In this document: positions 1-10,205 of the stretch, piece after piece
Layout of the letters: the number at the start of each line of letters is the position of its first letter
Position numbering within the stretch: position 1 is the first letter of the stretch
Origin: Ginkgo biloba
Taxonomy: Eukaryota > Plantae > Ginkgophyta
Length of the DNA stretch: 32,727 bases
Direction of reading: 5' to 3'
NCBI GenBank assembly: GCA_024626585.2
Contig: JANKJI020000002.1
Location: 210,638,339 to 210,671,065 of the forward strand
Program-made: the position numbers and the translations under genes
The notes under the pieces: generated by a model
The model's database searches: none
Seen by the model: the letters and a program-made list of their open reading frames with translations, nothing else
What the model was told of the DNA's origin: nothing

Positions 1-388
1 TTGATAAAAGGGCAACCATGGAAAAGAACTCACAATAGGGTAAGATTGAGTTTTGAGTTTGTAGTCTTACAAATATGATGGTCTCAATAACAATGCGAGC
101 CACAAGTTGGCAAATTCTTGCCTGTTCTTTTTCATTTTTACTATTGTGGAACTCAAATTATAATGTTGTATTGGCATTTGTTGTTTTTGTTTATATCTTT
201 TGTTTGAAATTTACATCAGTATATTATGTGGCTAAGTTTAATGTGTTGTATGCATTGCATATACTACTAAGAAATAGAAAAGTAGAATAAGCATGACGTG
301 TTTTTCCCAATATTGATGCTTTTGTGTGTTCAACTTTTGTTATGGATGTAAAGAAATATGATGAGATATATATTTTTGATGAATTGTT

Positions 389-742
389 TGTGAGAGCTTT
401 TACAACTCTAATACCATGTTGGAGAATAGAACTTGTGTCACAGGTTAACTCCCAAGATCATAACTCATAAACTCAAACTCATATGCATAACAACAGAGAG
501 ATTTCTAATAACATAAGACAACTGACAGAAGCCTATGACTGTAAAATCTTGCACCTCACTTCCAAAAGTCTGTGTCTCCTCTGAGCATTTTGTGTCTCGT
601 TCTCTTAGTGAGTTTGCTATGCATTTTGTCCACTTCTGGTTGTATGCATCTGTGTATGGGGCCTCTACGTGAGAGAAATCCTAGGGATTAACCCTATGTT
701 AAAAAACTAAGTGTATGAGAGAGTGAGTCATAGTCTCTGACA
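389..742 (+). repeat. 5' LTR (TG...CA)
   Basis: Bounded by the left TSD and by ...TCTCTGACA followed directly by TGGTAT. The last ~210 bp match 1659-1870. Confidence 0.7.
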
Positions 743-782
743 TGGTATAAGCACTGTAAAAGATCTCACATGGTATCAAAGC
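743..782 (+). promoter_or_regulatory. Two tandem tRNA-iMet primer-binding-site-like motifs (743-754, 771-782)
   Basis: TGGTATAAGCAC and TGGTATCAAAGC versus the canonical TGGTATCAGAGC; each is directly preceded by CA. Confidence 0.65.
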
Positions 783-1655
783 AAAGTTTTATCATTGGTT
801 GTTGCTGCATTACTGTCCTAGTCATTGAGACTCTATCCACCTGTTCCAGCCACTGAAATTGAAGCAAAATAGGTTTCTGAGCAAGTAGTTGAGCTTAGAG
901 GAAAGTTGGAGGATTCATTGATAAGAGTAATCGGGCTTGAGGCCCTCTGTCAATTTCAAGGAATAAGAACTAGTGGAAAGCTTAAATGCAACAAAAATGA
1001 NNNNNNNNNNNNNNNNNNNNNNNNNNNNNNNNNNNNNNNNNNNNNNNNNNNNNNNNNNNNNNNNNNNNNNNNNNNNNNNNNNNNNNNNNNNNNNNNNNNN
1101 NNNNNNNNNNNNNNNNNNNNNNNNNNNNNNNNNNNNNNNNNNNNNNNNNNNNNNNNNNNNNNNNNNNNNNNNNNNNNNNNNNNNNNNNNNNNNNNNNNNN
1201 NNNNNNNNNNNNNNNNNNNNNNNNNNNNNNNNNNNNNNNNNNNNNNNNNNNNNNNNNNNNNNNNNNNNNNNNNNNNNNNNNNNNNNNNNNNNNNNNNNNN
1301 NNNNNNNNNNNNNNNNNNNNNNNNNNNNNNNNNNNNNNNNNNNNNNNNNNNNNNNNNNNNNNNNNNNNNNNNNNNNNNNNNNNNNNNNNNNNNNNNNNNN
1401 NNNNNNNNNNNNNNNNNNNNNNNNNNNNNNNNNNNNNNNNNNNNNNNNNNNNNNNNNNNNNNNNNNNNNNNNNNNNNNNNNNNNNNNNNNNNNNNNNNNN
1501 NNNNNNNNNNNNNNNNNNNNNNNNNNNNNNNNNNNNNNNNNNNNNNNNNNNNNNNNNNNNNNNNNNNNNNNNNNNNNNNNNNNNNNNNNNNNNNNNNNNN
1601 NNNNNNNNNNNNNNNNNNNNNNNNNNNNNNNNNNNNNNNNNNNNNNNNNNNNNNN

Positions 1656-1870
1656 AAATGCTTATGAGTGTAAAACCTTGCACCTCACTTCCAAAAGTTT
1701 GCGACTCCTCTGAACATTTTGTCTTATTCTCTTTAGGAGTTTGCTGTGCATTTTGTCCACTTTTGGTTGTATGAATCTTTGTGTATGAGGTCTCTATGTG
1801 AGAGAAATCCTTGGAGATTAACCGCGTTGAAAAACCAAGTGTATGAAAGAGTAAGTCACAGTCTCTGACA
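1656..1870 (+). repeat. 3' LTR (visible part; 5' part lies in the gap)
   Basis: Diverged direct copy of 531-742, ending TCTCTGACA and followed by the TSD TTGTT. Confidence 0.8.
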
Positions 1871-4609
1871 TTGTTGTGATTATTCCATTTGAAATAAAAA
1901 AAGTAGTTTCATGGATGTGAGGAATATATTGAAACATGATTGGCGAAGTCATTGAATTCATGCAGTAGTCTCTCGCTGACTACTTTTGGCAATTTCTATT
2001 TGCCTACTTTTATTATGTATACTTAGCATAAGATGGAACAATGAGCATTATTTTCTGTTTTTAAGTCATTTATTTTCGATGAGTCAATGTAGTAGAATAT
2101 ACGTAGCAATATCATCAACATAATCATGCATATCACATTCTTCATAGAAATATTTCTCAATCATGTTATTTTTCAATGGGTTTGTAAAGCATAATGATAA
2201 GAGCAAATCAAATTTTACTTTAATGTTGTTATCTATACGTAGAAGTTAAAGACATTATTTTTAAAAAGTAGTTTTTTGTTTTGTATGGATGTATTTCTTG
2301 AAAATGTACCATATAAGTTTCACATGTTCTAATATAACTTGCAATTATTTTCAGGCAAAACTATATGCATTATTTATGATCTATTATAAATAATTTATTT
2401 TATGAGTTTCTGGTTTTTCTTTATCCAGTGTCCATCTAGGGTCTAATTGATCAGCATGTCCCTCCAAAGTAGGCTTTAGCTCAACAACTTCTACTACCTG
2501 GCTGCAGATGCCAGATGGGTATGAGTTTGCTGCTTGGTGGTGTATAAATAATGAATATCAATCCAATAGAAGATGGCCAAAATGTCAAGCCTAGTTTGCC
2601 CAAGGGTTAGTCTGCATAATCCAAGGTATCCCGGGCAGATCATCAAGGCAGTTTGTTGAAGATTGTCAGTTGTACAACCTGTTGAATCCACTTTCTTAGT
2701 ACTTTCACACACAGGATGCCAATGTTGTCAGTGAATGAAACTAGCAACATTAGTGAATCTGAGCCCCTTGGGATACTCAAACTCGCCAAGGTCACCTCCT
2801 TTTCCAAGGGTATGTGTACCACTGGATCTTGTGACTTGATCTAGTCTATGGCTGCTGTCTGAACTTTTTTCTGAAACTTTTATCATCTTTATCATCTACT
2901 TACAGGGGAAATTCACAAATTACACCATTATTCAATAAAAAAATGGGATGTTCTGAACATATATAATCATGTAGTGCATGCTTGATGAGGAGATAGGACA
3001 AGAAAAGTGATTTGTTGAGTAGCCAAAACTTTTGTTAGATACAAATTCAATGAATTCCTAGTATTTTGGTTATTGAGACCCATTCCACTTAGGAAGACAA
3101 TATTCCTTAATACTGTTAAGGAGAATATGCTATACATTCAAGTCCAAATAGCAGAAGCAGGAATTTAAGCCTCTAAAATGGCTTTCCAGATACTAAGTCA
3201 ATCCACATGGCTAATTAAAAAAGATATGGCTTCTTCTTGGACAGAAAAGTTTAGTAGAATAATGTCTAAAAAGAACTGCTAATCTACAGGGAAAAGGTAA
3301 TAAATTTTGGATCTGACCTGACCTGTAAGAGACATTCTGCACTTACCCATTTCACAAATACTGGATTCATATTGTCTGCAGGGATAATATGCCCATCTTG
3401 AAATTCGCCATAGTAAATATCTAAATACAGAGACCTTAATTGCTACACACAACATAAGAAAATTGTTTTTCTACTCGCTAGATATTTTTAACCAGCTAAA
3501 ATGCTAGTTCATAAGCAAACAGACAAAATGATCTTCATTTCATGACCCAGGAAATCATTAAACAATTCCGATTACCAACAAACTCCCAAGTCATCAAGAA
3601 GATATGAATGCCTACCAATCTCAAACATTCAAAATAGTTTCAGGCATTTCACAAAACTATGAATTTGGTCTCTTTTACAACCAACCAATTTCTGAATTCA
3701 AAAGAGAATCAAGCACCCCTCAAATCTATGAATTTGCATGTATTTGTACTATAGAAATTCACACATGACTTTATAAAGTGCTAAAAGAAAAAAATATATT
3801 TGATTTTTCTATTTCCTAAACATGTATGTATGTAATTCATGTGTTCAACTATTAATATTTGAAGTGAATTGACAAGATTAAATATTGAGGTCCACTAAAA
3901 TATTAANNNNNNNNNNNNNNNNNNNNNNNNNNNNNNNNNNNNNNNNNNNNNNNNNNNNNNNNNNNNNNNNNNNNNNNNNNNNNNNNNNNNNNNNNNNNNN
4001 NNNNNNTAAAAATATACAAAATTTGACTGATAAATACTTTTTCTTATCTCAGGATGGTGCTTCTTGAGTTAATTATTATCAATCAAAAGAGTGCAACTGA
4101 TGAGGTTGATGAGTAGGTCCAAATAATACCTAAGGATCATATCTTGAGGAGATGTAGAATCCTCAAATTCTATACAACACCCCAGTTATATGACAACAAT
4201 TGAATTATCAACTTATGGGAGAGTGTTAAACTTTATTAGATGTCTTCTTTGAATTATTCGAGATAACATTCACCATATCACTAGACTATCATAAAGTGAC
4301 AAATATGTGTACTTATAATTAGATCTACATTATGGATTAGATCGTACTATAGTATCATAGAGTTTTGTGGCTAATTAGATATTATTTTGGCCAATCATAC
4401 TATTAGGATTTTTAATATCTAGGATATGATATACTCAGTAGCGGTGATGATTATTACTTTGTGTATCATCGAGTTTGCAAAAAATAATTATTTTCCCCTA
4501 TAATGTTCAGACTCAGAAAAACAGATGGTCCATTGACAGCTATGGCATATGGATAAAATAGGTTGTGTTAAATCATGCTCTGTTCAACAATGCATTCTGA
4601 TGCATCTTG

Positions 4610-5173
4610 CTGTTATGGGACAGGTTAGAAAAGATAACTAGTAGATGTTAGTTTTGGGATTGTCATTGCCATTTGTCTATACAGCAGTCTTTGCAAGGCT
4701 CTATCCTATAGCAGACGAATACCTGTGGATAGCATCAAGGATGATTGTCATGGCCAGCAATTCCCTGCATATGAATTGGCCTAATGAGCAATTTCAGCCA
4801 TTTGATGAGTGCATGCATGTAATGTATCTAACCTTGGAAAACAACAGCAGCCCTTTATACAGAACCTAACCTTGCAGTAATCTATACCAAGTAAACCCCT
4901 GTATATTTCAACAAAAACACCCTTTGTATAAAACAACTATTTGCAACACATACCACACAACCATTATATAATAAAGCTATAATTCCACTGATTCAGCAAT
5001 GAAGCTTTCTCGCACCATTTTTATTAAATTTTCAATAGTTTAACCACAATGGCAAATAGAACTGGGGTTGATTTAGAAATACAGAAGAATTTATGTATGT
5101 GCCTGATACAAAAAGTTCAACTTAAATATTTGCCAAATGGCAACAGTGTAAAAATCTCTACAAAAAGACGCAC
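4610..5173 (-). other. Putative 3' UTR introns of PEX7 (5173-4899, 4870-4765, 4722-4610) with 28-nt and 42-nt non-coding exons
   Basis: Minus-strand splice signals alternate in the correct order: GG|GTGCGT ... TATACAG|, AAG|GTTAGG ... TATGCAG|, CAG|GTATTC ... CTAAC ... TAACAG|. No transcript evidence is available. Confidence 0.4.
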
Positions 5174-5243
5174 CCGTCAAATAAACTGCAAATGTCTGCC
5201 TGAAATTCTGAATCAGCAATTTAAGGGCAGCAAATAAACCAGT

Positions 5244-6194
5244 TTATGAAGCCCGTGGATCCATTCCATGTTGCCAGACATAGACTGTTTCATCCCAACC
5301 TGTGCTTGTTAACAGACCATCCACAAGTACACTCATATCTATTCCCACGGCAAATTCAGTGTGGTGATCATATCGAGATAGAAGAGCATCCTCGGGGGCC
5401 CTGTAATCCCACATACACACTGTCATATCATAGGAGCAAGATGAAATGAGACTTTCCTGATGTGGCGAGAATTTAACTCTCCGGATAGCATATGTGTGCC
5501 CTTGCAAAACAGTCACTGGAGTCCTGAATGTCCTCACATCCCATACCTTAATCAGCTTATCCACTGAACCAGTCACCAACATACAATCGTTGTACTTATT
5601 CCAATCACAGGAGAGAATCTCATAATCATGGGCAGGAATAATAATAGTTGAATTGGGTTCTCTCACATCCCAAACCCTTACAGTACAATCCCCTGAGGCA
5701 GATGCAAACACATCTGCATGTCTTGGGTTCCAAACAGCCGCATAGATACAGTAAGTGTGTTCTTTAAATAAACGCATCGATTGAGGTCTGTCAATGGTCC
5801 AAAGCCTGATTGTGTCATCCCAGGAGCCACTCAAGAAACAATCTTTCCTAACAGCATTCCAATCAATAGAGTAAACCTCGCGTGTGTGTTCTTCCAAGCT
5901 TCGAATTGGATTTGCAACTGGAGGAAGTGCCATATCCCAAATTTTAACGCTGCCATCGCCACTAGCCGAAACAAGCAGATTTTCATTGTCCTCAGACCAG
6001 GTACAATCATAAATACCATCAGCTGTGTCAAAAGCACAAACCTCCATAATCCCATTGGGAGTAAGCTCCAACACATGCTGCCGCCCATTCCCAATGATCC
6101 CAAAATTCTGTGCTGTTGCCACTGCTAATCGAGTCTCCACAAAAGGGCTAAACTTGACCGCATAGCCATTGTAGGCAGTCTTAAACACAGGCAT
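5244..6194 (-). CDS. PEX7: Peroxin-7, peroxisomal targeting signal 2 (PTS2) receptor, WD40-repeat protein
   Basis: Intact 316-aa ORF. Diagnostic N-terminus MPVFKTAYNGYAVKFSPF...LAVATAQNFGIIGNGR, WD40 repeats (SASGDGSVKIWD, SGSWDDTIRLW, HDYEILSCDWNKY, GHTYAIRRVKFSPH, HHTEFAVGIDMS) and C-terminus QHGMDPRAS, all typical of plant PEX7. Confidence 0.96.
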   Translation of the reverse strand: MPVFKTAYNGYAVKFSPFVETRLAVATAQNFGIIGNGRQHVLELTPNGIMEVCAFDTADGIYDCTWSEDNENLLVSASGDGSVKIWDMALPPVANPIRSLEEHTREVYSIDWNAVRKDCFLSGSWDDTIRLWTIDRPQSMRLFKEHTYCIYAAVWNPRHADVFASASGDCTVRVWDVREPNSTIIIPAHDYEILSCDWNKYNDCMLVTGSVDKLIKVWDVRTFRTPVTVLQGHTYAIRRVKFSPHQESLISSCSYDMTVCMWDYRAPEDALLSRYDHHTEFAVGIDMSVLVDGLLTSTGWDETVYVWQHGMDPRAS

Positions 6195-6297
6195 TATGGC
6201 AATCCAAAAACAAGCTCTATCTAGGATTTCTGCAAATTGCCTGACTTCCTCAAGTTATCAGCGAAAAATTTGTTGATGGTTTGCAACTTTAAATTTC

Positions 6298-6622
6298 CTG
6301 GCAAACAAATCATTTCGAGTTATAATTAAGTAATAACATATGTAATTACTTCGATTCAGATTACCATCCGCATGTTGTCTACCAAAAATTCAAAAAACAT
6401 TCCCCACGAACAAACCCTATAGTAATCATGGCAGACAGGCTGCAGCAAACCTATATAATGAACAATGGCAAATACTACGTTCACAGTTCATGTCCCCCCA
6501 ACTAAGGTATTATTTGAAAAAGGACAACCTCTATGTCAAAATAAAACCATTATCCTTTTCAACAAATAGAGTATAAAACAGGGATTTTCTGGTGCGAGGC
6601 GACCCAGGCCGTCAGTTCATAC
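6298..6622 (-). other. Putative 5' UTR intron of PEX7
   Basis: Minus strand: AGG|GTATGA donor at 6622 and T-rich TTTGTTTGCCAG| acceptor at 6298, about 100 nt upstream of the ATG. A telo-box-like AACCCTAA lies at 6632-6639, just upstream of the donor. Confidence 0.5.
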
Positions 6623-7574
6623 CCTAATTCTAACCCTAACCAAAACCTAATNNNNNNNNNNNNNNNNNNNNNNNNNNNNNNNNNNNNNNNNNNNNNNNNN
6701 NNNNNNNNNNNNNNNNNNNNNNNNNNNNNNNNNNNNNNNNNNNNNNNNNNNCTCTTTTGACAAGGTCCACCAAGCCCAAGCTTTCGATACTATAATACAA
6801 TATATGATTAAATAGTTATGTACTTTCCTTGCTCCAAATTTAACTCATTATAGTTTACAACAATATCCATTAATGGATAATCTTGCAAATTTTATCCAAA
6901 AAGGCCAACCTTACTTTTATATTCCCCTCTCTCTTCATCACGATTCTATGGAAATTTTTCATACACCACTCTTAGTTGGAGACTTAGATAGTCACCATTC
7001 TTGCTAGGATCACTTTCTTCCATATGCCATTTTTTTCTTTTAATACTTCTATGTAGGATTCTAATTACATTTCTCCTTTTCCATGCCCTTTATAATCACA
7101 ATATTGCTTTTCACCTTACTATTGACCTTCCTTCCTATGTTACTTTAAAACCTTCCACATAAACTTAGTATGACCATTTGAACTTTATTTTGCTAATGTT
7201 GCATTTTGCTTTACTTCATAATATGACACAATTACAACAATATCAAAAAATTTATCATGACCTACACCATTGTGTTCAAACATTCATAACTACTAACTTA
7301 GTGTTGTTTTACCATCCATTTTGTAAACCTAGTCTTTTTGAAAATATAGCACATTATTCGCTAGAGCAATACAAAATACTTTGACAATTTACATATTCAA
7401 TATACTAGCTTTAATGCTTAGCCAATGTTACATTTCATTATCCATGTGTTTCTAAGATGAAATCTTTCCATGGCTAGCCTGCTGCCCTCTCATCTTTACG
7501 GGGGAATAATATAATGCAACGTGTGCAATACCATGTTGACGAGACAATTAATGGGCACATGAATGTAGCTTTAG

Positions 7575-7942
7575 GTTGAGAGCTCTGACCTTTCTGGAGG
7601 ACAAAGAAATATTGAGAACCATATCTTTGAAGGACATGCATTCAAAGGTCATGGGCTTGTGACATGTATGGCTGCTGGCTGTTGGAAATAATTCTATTCT
7701 TGTGGGGATGGCTTGTTCATTATGATTTTGGAGATGGAGGCTCTTATGAACTTGATCTCTCTATTAGTCGAACTGGGGATTAACCTGTGCATAGAGTTTT
7801 TGTTGATCCTGGAGGAAGACACTGTTTAGTTGTTGTTCTTAGTAATGGAGGAGATGAAATAAATGGCAGAAGCCCAGAATTCTGAGTAATTAAAGGGGCT
7901 TGTTATAAATGCTTTAGCACGGAATTGACAACAGATAACAGG
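7575..7942 (+). pseudogene. VPS18: Disabled fragment of VPS18 (HOPS/CORVET class C core subunit), N-terminal region
   Basis: Piecewise translation FEGHAFKGHGLVTCMAAG/NNSILVG/WLVHYDFGDGGSYELDLSISRTGD*PVHRVFVDPGGRHCLVVVLSNGGDE/KWQKPRILS/LKGLVINALARN*QQIT matches the plant VPS18 N-terminus as I recall it (ITCMAAGND...IHKVFVDPGGSHC...KW.KPRVLS.LKGL.VNAVAWNRQQITE). Two stops and several frameshifts. Confidence 0.88.
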
Positions 7943-8343
7943 GAGGTCCCATGGAGGCCGCTACGCTACTATTTTACATTTTAAAAGGCTGGCAAACACT
8001 AAAGAAAACAAAAGTTTCAATGCAACCAGGAAATGAATTATATGCCATAGTTAGGTCTCAGTGAACACATGAAAAGGGAGTGTGATACGAGAAAGAATAA
8101 GATATAGAAGCATCTACGCGAATTGTATATTAAAAGGAAATCGGATGTGGAAAACTCTGAAGATGTTGACAGAAAATCAGTGTAGTGGAATCTGCTAGTA
8201 GCATAATCGTAAATGGACTATAAATTAAAGAAGCAGAGGCAAAAACGATGCTACACTGTCATATGGAAACGTTTTAACCTGATGCTAAATTCCCTTTCCC
8301 TTGAGCGTTAAAGATTTATTTTGATTATTAGAATATTGAATTT

Positions 8344-8894
8344 AAGGGGGGAATGTTAAAAAATGTATTTATTGTAAATTTAATATTTTAATTTAAGGGT
8401 TAATAAGTCAAAACACATAATATGAAAGGTTCCTTTGAATTAGAATATGAAAGGTCACTAGAAACTAAAGGGTCACATAATATGAAACTTAAGGGTCATT
8501 GTACTTCTTTATATTGAAGATTTTGAGGTTAAGGTTGATTGTACGAAATGTTCCTAGAATGAATAAGTTTAGGTACCTATTTGCAAAATTATAAGTTGGT
8601 TACCACATTTAATAAAAATAGTTTCTTCTCTAATATTTTTGTGATTCTTATTTGTTCATCTTATTTAGTGTTTTATCTCTGCATTTATGTTTTGATAGTA
8701 ATTATAACAGATTCAAATTCTCATTTAAAAGAGCTGAGGAAGTGGAGTAATTGTCCACAATTACAATGCTTTATCCCTTATAATGGGAATAAAATCAGAC
8801 TACTATGAAAACTTGTTGTCTTTAAGAAGACAACTTACATTTGTATATGGAGTCATAAGTTATGAAGCTTGATGACATCTCGAGCTATTGCCTG
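8344..8894 (+). mobile_element. Polypurine tract plus start of an LTR (Copia-like signature)
   Basis: AAGGGGGGAA (8344-8353) directly followed by TGTTA (8354). AT-rich U3-like sequence with shuffled short repeats (AATATGAAA, AAGGGTCA) at ~8414-8500. Confidence 0.5.
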
Positions 8895-8994
8895 NNNNNN
8901 NNNNNNNNNNNNNNNNNNNNNNNNNNNNNNNNNNNNNNNNNNNNNNNNNNNNNNNNNNNNNNNNNNNNNNNNNNNNNNNNNNNNNNNNNNNNNN

Positions 8995-9049
8995 ATCCTA
9001 TTAAATTAGGTGTTTATTGATATGATTCCACATCAATTGGTATTAGAGC
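8995..9049 (+). mobile_element. LTR 3' end (...CATCA at 9035) plus tRNA-iMet PBS
   Basis: CACATCA-AT-TGGTATTAGAGC (PBS 9038-9049, one mismatch to TGGTATCAGAGC). A CATCA end fits the TGATG start of the LTR at 14120, but linkage across the gaps is unproven. Confidence 0.6.
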
Positions 9050-10205
9050 TTGGTTTTCTAAAACCATTCTCCAAAACCACCCTTCCTCCTCAAAACTATT
9101 TTCAATTTCACACCCCTTTAGGGTTTCAGAGGGCGGTTTTCAAATCTTGATGGTTTCAGCTTTTCATCGGCAGTTTTCTCCATTGGGTTTACACAGGGCG
9201 GTTTACTTCAGTGATTTTTTATTTCAGTAGGAGAATTCATGACTGTTGGAGACAGTTTTCCATTACTGTGCGGTTTCATCCTTGTGGTGGTTTTCTGGTT
9301 GGCTCTCTAGGGCATCTTTCCACACCTGACGATTTTGTTCAGAGGTGGTTTAGGGGTGGTTTCCCTTGGTTTAAGTGGTTTTGAGCTGTCATGGTTGTAT
9401 TTCCCACCATGCAACATCCCCTCCTATGGTGTGACACCTTGTAGCTCCCTCTAGCAAACCCTGACCCCCTTGGCCTCTGCCTACTCCTCCCGTGGCCAGG
9501 CTGGCCCCCACAGGCCCATGCCACCACCCACGGGTTCCCGCACTGGTCTACATAGCTGCACCACCCTCATGGTCTATTATGTGGGACCTTATGAGTGGAC
9601 ATACCCATGCCTTCCTGCATGCTTTAAATTTGGTGAAAATTTAAAGTGTTATAACTTCCACATTGAGAGGCCAAAGTAGTGTTGTGACCACTTGTTTTTT
9701 CCAACACTAGATGCCCCACAAAATGGGCACAATGCTCTGGGAAAAAAGAGTTGTTTGGTGGCCTTAAATGACTATAAAATCTCATGGATTAATAAATTCC
9801 TTTAATGTGGGTATGTGTGGAGGATGTAGGCCTCAAAAACACTTTTAACACTTTTTTTTTGTGGTTCTATAGGGTTCTTTACCCATTTAAGCAAAGTTTC
9901 CATTTTAGGCCTCTTTTTGGCCACTAACAAAGCTAATGCTTGTCCTGTAACATGTATAGATATGAAAAGATGGTTGCATAGATGTTTATCACAGTAATGG
10001 AAACACCTCTCTCTATGATGATTAGGAATGGATAAACACATGTACATGATCTAACAACATGAGTACGCATAAGATGACACACGACCCTGAACAAATCTCT
10101 ACAATNNNNNNNNNNNNNNNNNNNNNNNNNNNNNNNNNNNNNNNNNNNNNNNNNNNNNNNNNNNNNNNNNNNNNNNNNNNNNNNNNNNNNNNNNNNNNNN
10201 NNNNN

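Larger units (their letters stand above)
389..1870 (+). mobile_element. Small, apparently non-autonomous (TRIM-like) LTR retroelement with 5-bp target-site duplication
   Basis: Starts TGTGAG (389) and ends CTGACA (1870). Flanked by identical TTGTT at 384-388 and 1871-1875. Direct repeat 531-742 vs 1659-1870 (roughly 85% identical by eye). tRNA-iMet PBS-like motifs follow the 5' copy. 655 N hide the 3' internal part and the start of the 3' LTR, so true size is uncertain. Confidence 0.78.

Noticed and set aside
906-1713. Long ORFs of 233-253 aa in the ORF track
   Set aside because: They are open only because they run through N gaps. The same applies to all X-containing ORFs outside the recognised pol regions.
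1964-1984. Hairpin AGTAGTC-7nt-GACTACT followed by Ts
   Set aside because: A 7-bp stem is expected by chance in 32 kb, and bacterial-style terminators are irrelevant in plant nuclear DNA.
4090-4520. TGATGA and CTGA motifs suggesting box C/D snoRNAs
   Set aside because: No terminal stem, correct box spacing or recognisable rRNA guide complementarity was found by eye.
5246-6128. Overlapping antisense and alternate-frame ORFs within PEX7
   Set aside because: Shadow ORFs of a real CDS, with no recognisable motifs.
5244-6194. Uninterrupted PEX7 CDS read as a processed retrogene
   Set aside because: The ORF is intact, has no poly(A) tail or TSD and has probable UTR introns. As I recall, seed-plant PEX7 coding regions are normally intronless.
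6623-6650. Telomere-like CCCTAA units
   Set aside because: Only two or three imperfect units. They fit a telo-box promoter motif, not an interstitial telomere array.
6870-7200. Possible minus-strand LINE RNase H-like relic (SPTKSGV.KNF...DKICKII)
   Set aside because: Too degenerate; catalytic residues are absent and it cannot be supported without a profile search.
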